Shown here piece after piece: positions 1-8,842 of a stretch of 64,000 bases of DNA. Source of the DNA: Snowella sp. (GTDB lineage Bacteria > Cyanobacteriota > Cyanobacteriia > Cyanobacteriales > Microcystaceae); NCBI GenBank assembly GCA_003249095.1, contig QBMS01000003.1:15875-79874 (forward strand), read 5' to 3'. The notes beneath the pieces were generated by a model that was given only the letters and a program-made list of their open reading frames with translations, was not told the DNA's origin and searched no databases. The translations under genes were made by a program, and so were the position numbers. Every line of letters begins with the position of its first letter. The first letter of the stretch is position 1.

Positions 1-17
1 TGCACACAATTTTAAGA

Positions 18-578
18 TTAATTGGTTTGAGGAGGTGGAATAACAGGAATAGGTTGGCTAGGATTATCATCACTGTGTTCAGTAGGGGGAGAATCATTCG
101 CACTGGCGGCAGAATCATCGTTGACCATTTGATTGCTTTCGTGGTCAGGGGAACTCAATTCAGGACTAGTGGAGTCAGGAGGCGTATTTTTTGGATTGGA
201 TGCCCCCGATTCCCCAGAAGGGGTAATGGATGTATCAGAATTTTCTGTGTCTGATTTTAAAATCTTGGTTGCTTGGCTGCCTGACTCGACTTCATTTGTT
301 TTTTGGTCTGGATTGGGGAAGTTGATGGGCGGGGAATTTGATTTTTCTAAGGAGCCTTGTTCTACCGATTCTGGTTTCTTATTCAAGACTTCTGAGAGAG
401 GTTTGGTAAAATTTGAATCATTAACAGGATTTTTGGGTGATTTTTTAAAGTTTTCCGCCGATGGTTGACAAGCTTCCTCAGAGAGACCCAATTTGCATCT
501 CAACTCCTCCCGTGCCAGGGAGACAAAAATACCTGTCATTGAAACCATCAAAGCGATAACAGTGACAAAATTTCTCAT
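18..578 (-). CDS. hypothetical secreted or membrane-anchored low-complexity (Pro/Ser/Asn/Asp-rich) protein
   Basis: 186-aa ORF with an ATG start. It has a hydrophobic N-terminal signal/anchor (FVTVIALMVSMTGIFVSLA) followed by a compositionally biased tail. No family recognised. Confidence 0.5.
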   Translation of the reverse strand: MRNFVTVIALMVSMTGIFVSLAREELRCKLGLSEEACQPSAENFKKSPKNPVNDSNFTKPLSEVLNKKPESVEQGSLEKSNSPPINFPNPDQKTNEVESGSQATKILKSDTENSDTSITPSGESGASNPKNTPPDSTSPELSSPDHESNQMVNDDSAASANDSPPTEHSDDNPSQPIPVIPPPQTN

Positions 579-865
579 ATCGAACCAATGATCTCCTCTG
601 AAGTATGCCAGATTTTATTCTAGAGTGGAGTTTATCCCAATGCCTACAGACTGATTTTGAAGCAAAATGTTTCTGTTTAGTGGCTAACATCCCCTAAGCT
701 TAATCCAGACTGTGAATCTAAATAATCGGATGATTCGCTCTCTCCTGATTAATTCTTTGTCAATTCTTTCTGAGAAAGGTTAACATAAGTTAACAAGCAC
801 TCATGGATTTCGCTTATCCTGTCAAATTTTTACAATAACGATCCTATTTTTATCAACCCTCGGAG

Positions 866-2725
866 ATGTACCGCGTGAACAAAAATAATAAAAAATGGCG
901 TAATGCTGGTCTTTATGCGCTCCTCTTAATTGTCGTTTTAGCCCTAGCGTCCGCTTTTTTAGATAGACAACCCCAGAGCCGAGAAGTTTTGACCTACAGT
1001 GATTTTATTCATCAAGTCGAAGGCAACAAAATTGATCGGGTTAATCTCAGTGCGGATCGTACCCAGGCCCAAGTTCCTAACCCATCAGGCGGACAGCCTT
1101 TTCTGGTCAATCTTCCCAATGATCCAGATCTAATTAATATTTTGACAAAAAATGGCGTGGATATCGCCGTTCAGCCCCAGACTGATGATAGTTTCTGGTT
1201 ACGGGTTGCCAGTAGCCTTTTCCTACCCATTCTCTTATTGGTTGGGTTATTTTTGTTATTACGTCGCGCTCAGAGTGGCCCAGGCTCCCAAGCAATGAAT
1301 TTTGGGAAATCCAAAGCCAGAGTGCAAATGGAACCCCAAACTCAAGTGACCTTTGGGGATGTGGCGGGTATTGAACAGGCCAAGTTAGAACTGACTGAAG
1401 TGGTGGACTTCCTGAAAAATGCAGACCGATTCACGGCGATCGGAGCCAAGATTCCTAAAGGGGTTTTGTTAGTCGGCCCTCCTGGAACAGGTAAAACCCT
1501 CTTAGCCAAAGCCGTTGCAGGTGAAGCGGGTGTTCCGTTCTTCAGTATTTCAGGTTCGGAATTTGTGGAAATGTTCGTTGGGGTCGGTGCATCCCGCGTT
1601 CGTGACCTGTTTGAACAAGCTAAAGCTAGTGCGCCTTGTATCGTCTTTATTGATGAGATTGATGCGGTTGGTCGTCAACGGGGTGCAGGTTTAGGGGGGG
1701 GTAATGATGAACGGGAACAAACTTTAAACCAACTCCTAACGGAAATGGATGGTTTTGAAGGAAATACGGGAATCATCATTATTGCGGCTACTAACCGTCC
1801 TGATGTTTTGGATTCTGCCTTGATGCGTCCAGGTCGTTTTGATCGTCAAGTCGTGGTCGATCGCCCTGATTATGCGGGACGTAAGGAAATTCTCAATGTC
1901 CATGCACGTGGCAAAACTTTATCTAAGGATGTGGATCTGGATAAGATTGCTCGTCGAACTCCTGGTTTTACGGGGGCAGATTTATCTAATCTCCTGAATG
2001 AGTCAGCTATTTTGGCAGCTCGTCGCAATTTGACCGAAATTTCAATGGATGAAGTGAATGATGCGATCGATCGCGTTCTTGCTGGGCCAGAGAAAAAGAA
2101 TCGGGTGATGAGCGAAAAACGCAAAACCTTGGTTGCTTACCATGAAGCGGGTCATGCTCTGGTGGGTGCGTTGATGCCCGATTATGATCCTGTGCAAAAA
2201 ATCAGTATTATTCCCCGTGGCCGTGCGGGTGGTTTGACTTGGTTTACGCCTAGTGAAGACCGTATGGAATCGGGTTTATATTCGCGTTCCTATCTACAAA
2301 ATCAAATGGCGGTTGCCCTTGGTGGTCGGATTGCGGAAGAGATTATCTTTGGTGAGGAAGAAGTCACCACTGGAGCGTCCAATGATCTTCAACAGGTTGC
2401 GCGGGTTGCTCGTCAGATGATTACTCGGTTTGGTATGAGCGATCGCCTGGGGCCTGTGGCGTTGGGTCGTCAAGGCGGTGGCGTTTTCATGGGACGAGAT
2501 ATTGCCTCTGACCGTGATTTTTCCGATGATACGGCGGCGACGATTGATGAAGAGGTTCGTCAGTTGGTGGATCAAGCTTATCAACGGGCAAAGGAAGTTC
2601 TACTTAACAACCGCATTATTCTGGATAAGTTAGCGGAAATGTTAGTGGAAAAAGAAACGGTTGATTCGGATGAGTTGCAGGAAATTCTTACCAGTAATGA
2701 GGTCAGAATGGCGGCTTTAGCTTAA
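866..2725 (+). CDS. ftsH: ATP-dependent zinc metalloprotease FtsH
   Basis: 619 aa. N-terminal TM helices, AAA+ Walker A GPPGTGKT, Walker B IVFIDEID, second region of homology, and zinc motif HEAGHA. Confidence 0.95.
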   Translation: MYRVNKNNKKWRNAGLYALLLIVVLALASAFLDRQPQSREVLTYSDFIHQVEGNKIDRVNLSADRTQAQVPNPSGGQPFLVNLPNDPDLINILTKNGVDIAVQPQTDDSFWLRVASSLFLPILLLVGLFLLLRRAQSGPGSQAMNFGKSKARVQMEPQTQVTFGDVAGIEQAKLELTEVVDFLKNADRFTAIGAKIPKGVLLVGPPGTGKTLLAKAVAGEAGVPFFSISGSEFVEMFVGVGASRVRDLFEQAKASAPCIVFIDEIDAVGRQRGAGLGGGNDEREQTLNQLLTEMDGFEGNTGIIIIAATNRPDVLDSALMRPGRFDRQVVVDRPDYAGRKEILNVHARGKTLSKDVDLDKIARRTPGFTGADLSNLLNESAILAARRNLTEISMDEVNDAIDRVLAGPEKKNRVMSEKRKTLVAYHEAGHALVGALMPDYDPVQKISIIPRGRAGGLTWFTPSEDRMESGLYSRSYLQNQMAVALGGRIAEEIIFGEEEVTTGASNDLQQVARVARQMITRFGMSDRLGPVALGRQGGGVFMGRDIASDRDFSDDTAATIDEEVRQLVDQAYQRAKEVLLNNRIILDKLAEMLVEKETVDSDELQEILTSNEVRMAALA

Positions 2726-2749
2726 TTTGTTAGCTAATTAATATTTAAC

Positions 2750-2781
2750 GAGGGTGGTTTTTATAAGCCACTCTTTTTTTT
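2750..2781 (+). terminator. candidate intrinsic terminator downstream of ftsH
   Basis: Imperfect stem AGGGTGG / CCACTCT followed by a T8 run, about 25 nt after the ftsH stop. Confidence 0.5.
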
Positions 2782-3031
2782 GTGGATTTTTTTCGGGATG
2801 CGATCGCGTTATTGATTAACCTATTGCTTTCTCATCAATGATAAATTACAATGGCATAAAGTTTGGCGAAAAAAAATTATGCTCAAAATCATCGAAGATT
2901 TTTTTTAAGACGAAAAAATTTAACTTACTGAACTTCGGCAAAATATCAGCGATCACTTTTCCGTGTTGGTTAGTTTTCTGGATACTGCTGGGATCGCTCC
3001 TATCACAAAAGAATCATTGTAAGGTTATTTT

Positions 3032-3592
3032 ATGGGAATTATTCGAGGCCAAGGAAAACTAATAAAATGGCAAGATGATAAAGGTTATGGATTTATTCGG
3101 CCAAATGATGGAAATCAAGAAATTTTCTTGCATATCAGCTCGTTAAAAAATGCAAGTCGCCGCCCCAAAGTCGGAGATACGATTATATATGAGTTAGTTA
3201 CTGAGAAAAACGGAAAGTCACGTGCGGCTCAAGCATCAATTCAAGGTGTTAATCCTCGAACAGTTTCTTTTCAACAGAAATCAATAAAAAGTAAACCAAT
3301 TAAAACAATATTTAAAAATGTATTCGGCATTGTCGCCCTGATTGGATTGGCTGCAAGTGCCTTTTGGGGAAGCGAATGGAGTCGTAGTCGTTCTCGTTCT
3401 CTTATTCCATCTATCACAAAACCAAACTGTAATGTTAAAGGTAACATATCGCAGAATACAGGAAGGAAACTTTACCACATCCCAGGTATGGAAGATTATG
3501 AGTCAACAGTGATTGATCCACAAAGTGGAGAAAAATGGTTTTGTACAGAATCAGAAGCCATCAATAATGGTTGGCAGAAAGCACCAAACTAA
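3032..3592 (+). CDS. cold-shock-domain protein with a TM helix and a conserved Cys-flanked C-terminal module
   Basis: The N-terminus GKLIKWQDDKGYGFIRP...EIFLHISS is a typical CspA-like CSD. A hydrophobic helix follows (VFGIVALIGLAASAFWG). The C-terminal motif is CNVKGNIS..GRKLYHIPGMEDYESTVID...GEKWFCTESEAINNGWQKA. Confidence 0.75.
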   Translation: MGIIRGQGKLIKWQDDKGYGFIRPNDGNQEIFLHISSLKNASRRPKVGDTIIYELVTEKNGKSRAAQASIQGVNPRTVSFQQKSIKSKPIKTIFKNVFGIVALIGLAASAFWGSEWSRSRSRSLIPSITKPNCNVKGNISQNTGRKLYHIPGMEDYESTVIDPQSGEKWFCTESEAINNGWQKAPN

Positions 3593-4191
3593 TTAAAAAT
3601 GATATAAAATTTTGGAAAAAAATCGTGATAAAAAGTATTGAAGAGATTTATCAAGACGGACAACCTCAACCCACTGAATTTCCTCAAAGGGTGATTAATG
3701 CCTGGTCTTGGGGGGCGCAGGATCAACTCATTGCCAATGCAACGGTTATGGGCGATCACCTATTGGTTTTTAGTTGTGCGATGGAAAAATTAGAGATTGC
3801 TTTTTTTGATTTGCCTTGTTTAAAATTAATTCCCATTGAAGAGCGGAGTAATTTTACTATTTCTGAAGAAGGAAGTTATTTACATTGGCCTAAGCAGGAT
3901 ATTCATTTGGATTTGGATGCCTTACGTTATGCGATCGATCCCAATGTTAAGAATAAATTTGATGCCTATAAGCTGACCCATGATCAGTTATTTGGTAAAG
4001 CGATCGCGACTTTACGGAAACAATCTAAGCTGAAACAATCTGATATTATGGGTTTATCAGAAAGACAGGTGAGCCGTATTGAAAAAGGGGAAGGAACGAA
4101 GATAGAAAAGTTAAGTTTATTTGCTCAAGCTCATCAAATGGAGTTGAATGATTATCTGGAAGCTGTTGCTAATTTAATGGAAGTTGTTTGA
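3571..4191 (+). CDS. DUF2442-like N-domain fused to an XRE-family helix-turn-helix
   Basis: The C-terminal LKQSDIMGLSERQVSRIEKGEG is an XRE/Cro-type HTH. The ATG at 3571 overlaps the upstream gene by 22 nt; an in-frame GTG at 3625 is an alternative start. Confidence 0.6.
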   Translation: MAESTKLIKNDIKFWKKIVIKSIEEIYQDGQPQPTEFPQRVINAWSWGAQDQLIANATVMGDHLLVFSCAMEKLEIAFFDLPCLKLIPIEERSNFTISEEGSYLHWPKQDIHLDLDALRYAIDPNVKNKFDAYKLTHDQLFGKAIATLRKQSKLKQSDIMGLSERQVSRIEKGEGTKIEKLSLFAQAHQMELNDYLEAVANLMEVV

Positions 4192-4284
4192 TGTTTTAGA
4201 GACAATTTTTGCTTGTATTGTAAGCTTTAGGCTAATCGCGATCGCGTTTTTTAAAGAAAGAAGAAAAATAGCCGAAGTTTCTAT

Positions 4285-5553
4285 ATGATAGGAAAAACAA
4301 CCGTTCAAATTAAACAAGCAAAATCCATGCTGACTGTTAATCAAGCTGAATCTCTGATTTTAGATATTATTTCTCCTCTCGATCAAACGGAAACTTGTTC
4401 ATTAGAAAACGTTTTTAATCGGGTTTTAGCCGAATCGGTTAGCAGTCATTTAGATTTTCCCTATTGGGATAATTCAGCAATGGATGGTTATGCAGTGAAA
4501 TTTGAAGATGTACAGGGGGCAACCCCCAATCAACCCGTTGTTTTAACGGTTATTGAAGAAATTCCCGCAGGTCGTAAACCCCAATTAACCCTGCGATCGC
4601 AACAAGCGGCTCGAATTTTCACAGGGGCAATGTTGCCAACAGGAGCCGATACGGTTGTAATGCAGGAAAACACCACAAGCCAAGGCGATCGCGTTTCAAT
4701 TTTAATCGCTCCCTCCAAACCCCAGATGTTTGTCCGTAAAAAAGGAGAATATGCCGAAGCGGGAAAGATTCTACTCGCCAAGGGAACGATGATTAAAGAG
4801 CCTGAAATGGCTATTTTGGCCACTGCTCAAAAAAACGAGGTTACAGTTTATCGTCGTCCCCTGGTTGCCATTTTTTCGACGGGAGATGAATTGATTTCCC
4901 CCGATAAAACCCTAGAACCTGGGCAAATTATTGATTCTAATCAGTTTGCTTTAACGTCATTCCTCCAAGGACAAGGCGCGATTCCCCTTAATTTAGGGAT
5001 TGTGGCCGATGATCGCGATCGCCTACGGGAAACCATGAACCAGGCAATTAACAGAGCCGATTTGGTACTTTCAACGGGCGGAGTTTCCGTTGGTGATTAT
5101 GATTATGTTGAAGAATTATTGAAGGAATTGGGCGGAGAAATCCTGATTCAAAGTGTGGCAATTAAACCAGGTAAACCCTTGACAGTGGCAAGATTTGCTA
5201 ATGGATGTATTTATTTTGGCATTCCTGGGAATCCCGTTTCCGCATTAGTGAGTTGTTGGCGTTTTGTGCAACCTGCTTTGAAAAAATTATCGGGTTTAGC
5301 CAATCCCTGGCGACCTAATTTTATTAAAGCACGAACAAAAAATTCTCTAAAAACGGATAGCAAAAGAGAAACCTATTTATGGGGAAAAGTACACTGGGAT
5401 GACCAGGGAAATGCTCAATTTCAAGGGGCTTCTGGGAGTCATAGTTCGGGTAATTTAATCAACTTAGCTCAAACTAATTGCTTGGCTTGTTTACCCCAAG
5501 GCGAACAAATTATTGATATAGATCAAGATATTTTAGTGATGCTCATCGGATAA
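4285..5553 (+). CDS. moeA: molybdopterin molybdenumtransferase MoeA
   Basis: MoeA-like throughout (SAMDGYAV, TGAMLPTGADTVV, STGDEL, TGGVSVGDYD, KPGKP). The start may be the second Met at 4327. Confidence 0.9.
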   Translation: MIGKTTVQIKQAKSMLTVNQAESLILDIISPLDQTETCSLENVFNRVLAESVSSHLDFPYWDNSAMDGYAVKFEDVQGATPNQPVVLTVIEEIPAGRKPQLTLRSQQAARIFTGAMLPTGADTVVMQENTTSQGDRVSILIAPSKPQMFVRKKGEYAEAGKILLAKGTMIKEPEMAILATAQKNEVTVYRRPLVAIFSTGDELISPDKTLEPGQIIDSNQFALTSFLQGQGAIPLNLGIVADDRDRLRETMNQAINRADLVLSTGGVSVGDYDYVEELLKELGGEILIQSVAIKPGKPLTVARFANGCIYFGIPGNPVSALVSCWRFVQPALKKLSGLANPWRPNFIKARTKNSLKTDSKRETYLWGKVHWDDQGNAQFQGASGSHSSGNLINLAQTNCLACLPQGEQIIDIDQDILVMLIG

Positions 5554-5597
5554 TATTTTGGGTTCTCTTGGATCAATGGTGTCAGTTAAACTTGCTA

Positions 5598-5667
5598 CTT
5601 TTGGGCGCAAGGCTTGCGCCCCTACGATTCCCTAAAAACCTTATGTAGGGGCGAATTGCGTTCGCCC
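5598..5667. repeat. twin-hairpin GC-rich dispersed repeat, copy 1
   Basis: Two palindromic hairpins, GGGCGCAAGGCTTGCGCCC and GGGGCGAATTGCGTTCGCCC, about 20 nt apart, between convergent moeA and the ALDH gene. A near-identical inverted copy lies at 39478-39548. Confidence 0.6.
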
Positions 5668-5726
5668 TTGAACTATATAAGATAAATCTATCACCCTAAT
5701 TCCCAGAGAGGCATATTTTGATTTAT

Positions 5727-7091
5727 TTAACCAAGCAAACGTTTAATCCAATTAAGCTTATTACCATAGGGAGGATAACGAACATTCAACTCAAAACGAA
5801 AGGATTTTTTTAGGACACTTTTGTAGTGGGAAAAGGTATCAAAACTGGCTTTTCCGTGATAGGCTCCCATGCCACTAGCTCCCACACCGCCAAAGGGTAA
5901 GTCAATAACGCCGACCTGAAAAATAGTGTCATTAATACAAACGCCCCCTGAAGAAGTTGCTTCTAATACCCATTTTTGTTTTGATTCATTATTAGAAAAT
6001 AAATATAAGGCTAGGGGTTTAGGACGTTGGTTAATCAAGGCGATCGCGTCTTCTAAGTTAGAGTAATCTAAAATGGGTAAAATCGGCCCAAAAATTTCTT
6101 CTTGCATTAATTCCGATTCTAGGGAAACATTCGTCATTAGGGTCGGTGCGATATATTTTTCGGCGAGATCCGTTTGACCACCAGTGATAATATCACCATC
6201 TTTCAGTAAGGCTTGTAAACGATTAAACTGACGTTCATTCACAATCCGACAATAATCAGGACTGGTTTGGGGATTTTCTCCATAAAAATTGACGATACAC
6301 CCTTGAATTTTAGTTATCAAAGCTTCTTTAATCGATTTATCTACTAATAAATAATCGGGTGCAATACAGGTTTGTCCTGCATTGAAAAATTTACCCCAAG
6401 CGATCCGTTTAGCCGTTTCTTCTAGGTCAATTTCCGTATCCACAATACAGGGACTTTTTCCGCCCAATTCCAAGGTGACAGGAGTTAAATTTTTGGCCGC
6501 CGCTTCCATCACTAATTGACCAATTTTAGTACCGCCTGTGAAGAAAATATGATCAAATTTTTCTGTTAATAACTGTTGGCTAACGATGGCATCTCCTTCA
6601 ACTACGGCAATTTCCGTACTGGAAAAAGTTTGCTGAATCATGGTTGCAATCAGTCGGGAAACGGTGGGCGTGCTTTCTGAGGGTTTAATCACAGCACAAT
6701 TTCCTGCCGCGATCGCCCCGATGAGAGGAGAGACCGCCAACGCAAAAGGATAATTCCAAGGACTAATAATCAGTACCACTCCCAGGGGGTCGGGATAGAT
6801 TTGAGCGACGGACGGAAAGGCTTCTGGATTCGTTTTTACCCGTCGGGGTTTAGCCCATTTTTTGAGATGTTTGAGAGCGTAATCAATTTCTTGAATACTG
6901 ACTCGAATTTCCGTAATATAGCTATCTAATTCGGGCTTTCTGAGATCCTGATTCAGGGCCGTCACAATAGAACTTTCTTGGTCAAGAATAGCTTGTCTTA
7001 ATTTTTTTAATTGATCTACTCGGTAATCTAGGGATTTAGTTTTTCCTGTGGCAAAATGTTTTCTTTGTTCTTCAATTAGTGACTTAAACAT
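5727..7091 (-). CDS. aldehyde dehydrogenase family protein (class-3-like)
   Basis: 454 aa with the catalytic Glu motif LELGGKSP and catalytic Cys motif GQTCIAPDY. Length and architecture are typical of ALDH3-type enzymes. Confidence 0.9.
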   Translation of the reverse strand: MFKSLIEEQRKHFATGKTKSLDYRVDQLKKLRQAILDQESSIVTALNQDLRKPELDSYITEIRVSIQEIDYALKHLKKWAKPRRVKTNPEAFPSVAQIYPDPLGVVLIISPWNYPFALAVSPLIGAIAAGNCAVIKPSESTPTVSRLIATMIQQTFSSTEIAVVEGDAIVSQQLLTEKFDHIFFTGGTKIGQLVMEAAAKNLTPVTLELGGKSPCIVDTEIDLEETAKRIAWGKFFNAGQTCIAPDYLLVDKSIKEALITKIQGCIVNFYGENPQTSPDYCRIVNERQFNRLQALLKDGDIITGGQTDLAEKYIAPTLMTNVSLESELMQEEIFGPILPILDYSNLEDAIALINQRPKPLALYLFSNNESKQKWVLEATSSGGVCINDTIFQVGVIDLPFGGVGASGMGAYHGKASFDTFSHYKSVLKKSFRFELNVRYPPYGNKLNWIKRLLG

Positions 7092-7146
7092 GATTTTTGA
7101 TGGTTATTTTATAATAATGAAATCCTATGTTAATCAACCTAAACTA

Positions 7147-7812
7147 TCATCCCACTAAACCCGATCGCAGAGCATGAACCGCCGCCTGGGTACGATCTTC
7201 GGCACTCAGTTTAGTTAAAATGTTGCGGACATGGGTTTTCACGGTTCCGACGGTAATATAGAGCTTTTCGGCAATATCAGCATTACTATTGCCATTGACG
7301 ATTAATTGCAGAACTTCTAATTCCCGATCCGTTAAAGAACTGGAAACCTTTTCCGTTTGATGTTGGGAATCTGGTTTTTCCACTCGTTTGGCATAGGCTA
7401 AAACAATTCTCGCGATCGCAGGATCAATCCAAGCTTGTCCCGCCTGGGTTGCCCTAATCGCCTCTAGGAGTAAATCGGGTCGGATGTTTTTCATGCAATA
7501 GGAATTTGCCCCTGCCTGAAAAGCCTCTAAAACCGACGTTTCTTCATTTTGTAGGGTAAGAATAAGAATTTTAGTCCTTTGAAGGGTCGGTGAAGCTTTG
7601 ATGCGTTTGGTTAGCTCAATACCATCCACATCCGGCAAACCAATATCCATAATGGCCACATCAGGTTGGGTCGTCTCTAATAACTGAAAACCCTCCTCTC
7701 CCGTGTTAGCTTCCCCTAACCAATCAATATCGGGTAGGTTTTCTAGAGCATTTTTTAAACCAATACAGACCAAATCGTCATCCTCTATCAGGACAACGCG
7801 AATTTTTGTCAT
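7147..7812 (-). CDS. two-component response regulator, NarL/FixJ (LuxR-type HTH) family
   Basis: REC domain (VVLIEDDD, phospho-acceptor context AIMDIGLPD, conserved K) plus a C-terminal LuxR HTH (LTDRELEVLQLIVNGNSNADIAEKLYITVGTVKTHV). Confidence 0.9.
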   Translation of the reverse strand: MTKIRVVLIEDDDLVCIGLKNALENLPDIDWLGEANTGEEGFQLLETTQPDVAIMDIGLPDVDGIELTKRIKASPTLQRTKILILTLQNEETSVLEAFQAGANSYCMKNIRPDLLLEAIRATQAGQAWIDPAIARIVLAYAKRVEKPDSQHQTEKVSSSLTDRELEVLQLIVNGNSNADIAEKLYITVGTVKTHVRNILTKLSAEDRTQAAVHALRSGLVG

Positions 7813-8156
7813 GGTGTTTTCGCCTTCCCGCTTTTAAGAAAATAGTCAATTTTAGAAACAGATTTTAGATTCAAAAAGCTCTCTGGCCATCACCCGATTG
7901 GGTAATCCCCTAATTTTTGCTAGACAAAAAATCTTTCCATAGCTTTTTCGTTACCAGAACCATGAGATATCTCCAGAAATCAAGAGTGGATCGATTTAAA
8001 CCTCTGGTAGGGGCAATTCATGAATTGCTCAATTCTTGGAGATGTCTATTGCTATATGAGTTTTATTGTACCGATCTTACAGGAAAAAAGATTTTCTATG
8101 CAAACAAAATCTTCACTAGATTGCTATTTCAATCCTTTAATCGGTCTCTAGGCGAT

Positions 8157-8468
8157 TTACTCTAAAATCCATTCCGAAGCTCGCTCTCCTAAATCTAGGG
8201 GAATACTGACCGCCTTGCCGAGTCGGGGATGGTCACGGGTTTTTTCTAGATAATTTTTAACCTGGGACACGCCCCCCCAGGCCTGTAGATAATCGGCGAT
8301 CGCGTTGAGATGGGCCAGATATTCCGATTCAGAGAGGGGAAAAGAAGCCTGTTCCAGATATTTCCACATAACTTGAACAAATATTTGTCCTTTGATACGC
8401 CGTAACTGGATATCATAGGAGCGTCCCCACTTATCCAATAAAAGTTGTCGTAGTTCTTGTCCAGTCAT
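8157..8468 (-). CDS. conserved cyanobacterial/plastid-lineage small protein (DUF3067-like)
   Basis: 103-aa ORF with an ATG start. The pattern LRQLLLDKWGRSYDIQLRR...VMWKYLEQASFPL is recognised from DUF3067-type proteins, from memory only. Confidence 0.65.
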   Translation of the reverse strand: MTGQELRQLLLDKWGRSYDIQLRRIKGQIFVQVMWKYLEQASFPLSESEYLAHLNAIADYLQAWGGVSQVKNYLEKTRDHPRLGKAVSIPLDLGERASEWILE

Positions 8469-8842
8469 TGTCGGGCGATCCAGCGAGAGAAAAAAGCGTC
8501 AATTAAGAGTTGTTTTTTAATAATAGGCAATTTTTGGCGTTTACTTCTGGAGGAGCAGAGTTCATTGCCCTGATTTCTAGGAAAGCGATCGCATTTTTTT
8601 TATCAGGAGGAGGCGATCGCTAGTGTTTTTTTAGCGAAAAGTCATGAAAACAGGATTGAAATCCTCGGACTTTACATTAATTAATTAACTTTTAGGAAAA
8701 TTAGTCAGAATAACGGAGGCACAGAGTAAGCAAGTTTGGTAGAGTGAAATGTAGTTTGGTTCAGATACAGAGGTATTTGGACTGAATAGGATATTTATCA
8801 TCTTCCTAAGTCAGCTCCAAGGCTTGGTAAAAGGCAGCGGTC

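Noticed and set aside
2838-3062. Intergenic ORFs 2838-3062, 7917-8165 and 35061-35315 as genes
   Set aside because: They are Lys/Phe/Leu-rich translations of AT-rich spacers, lack SD-like context, and overlap promoters or neighbouring genes. There are no recognisable motifs.
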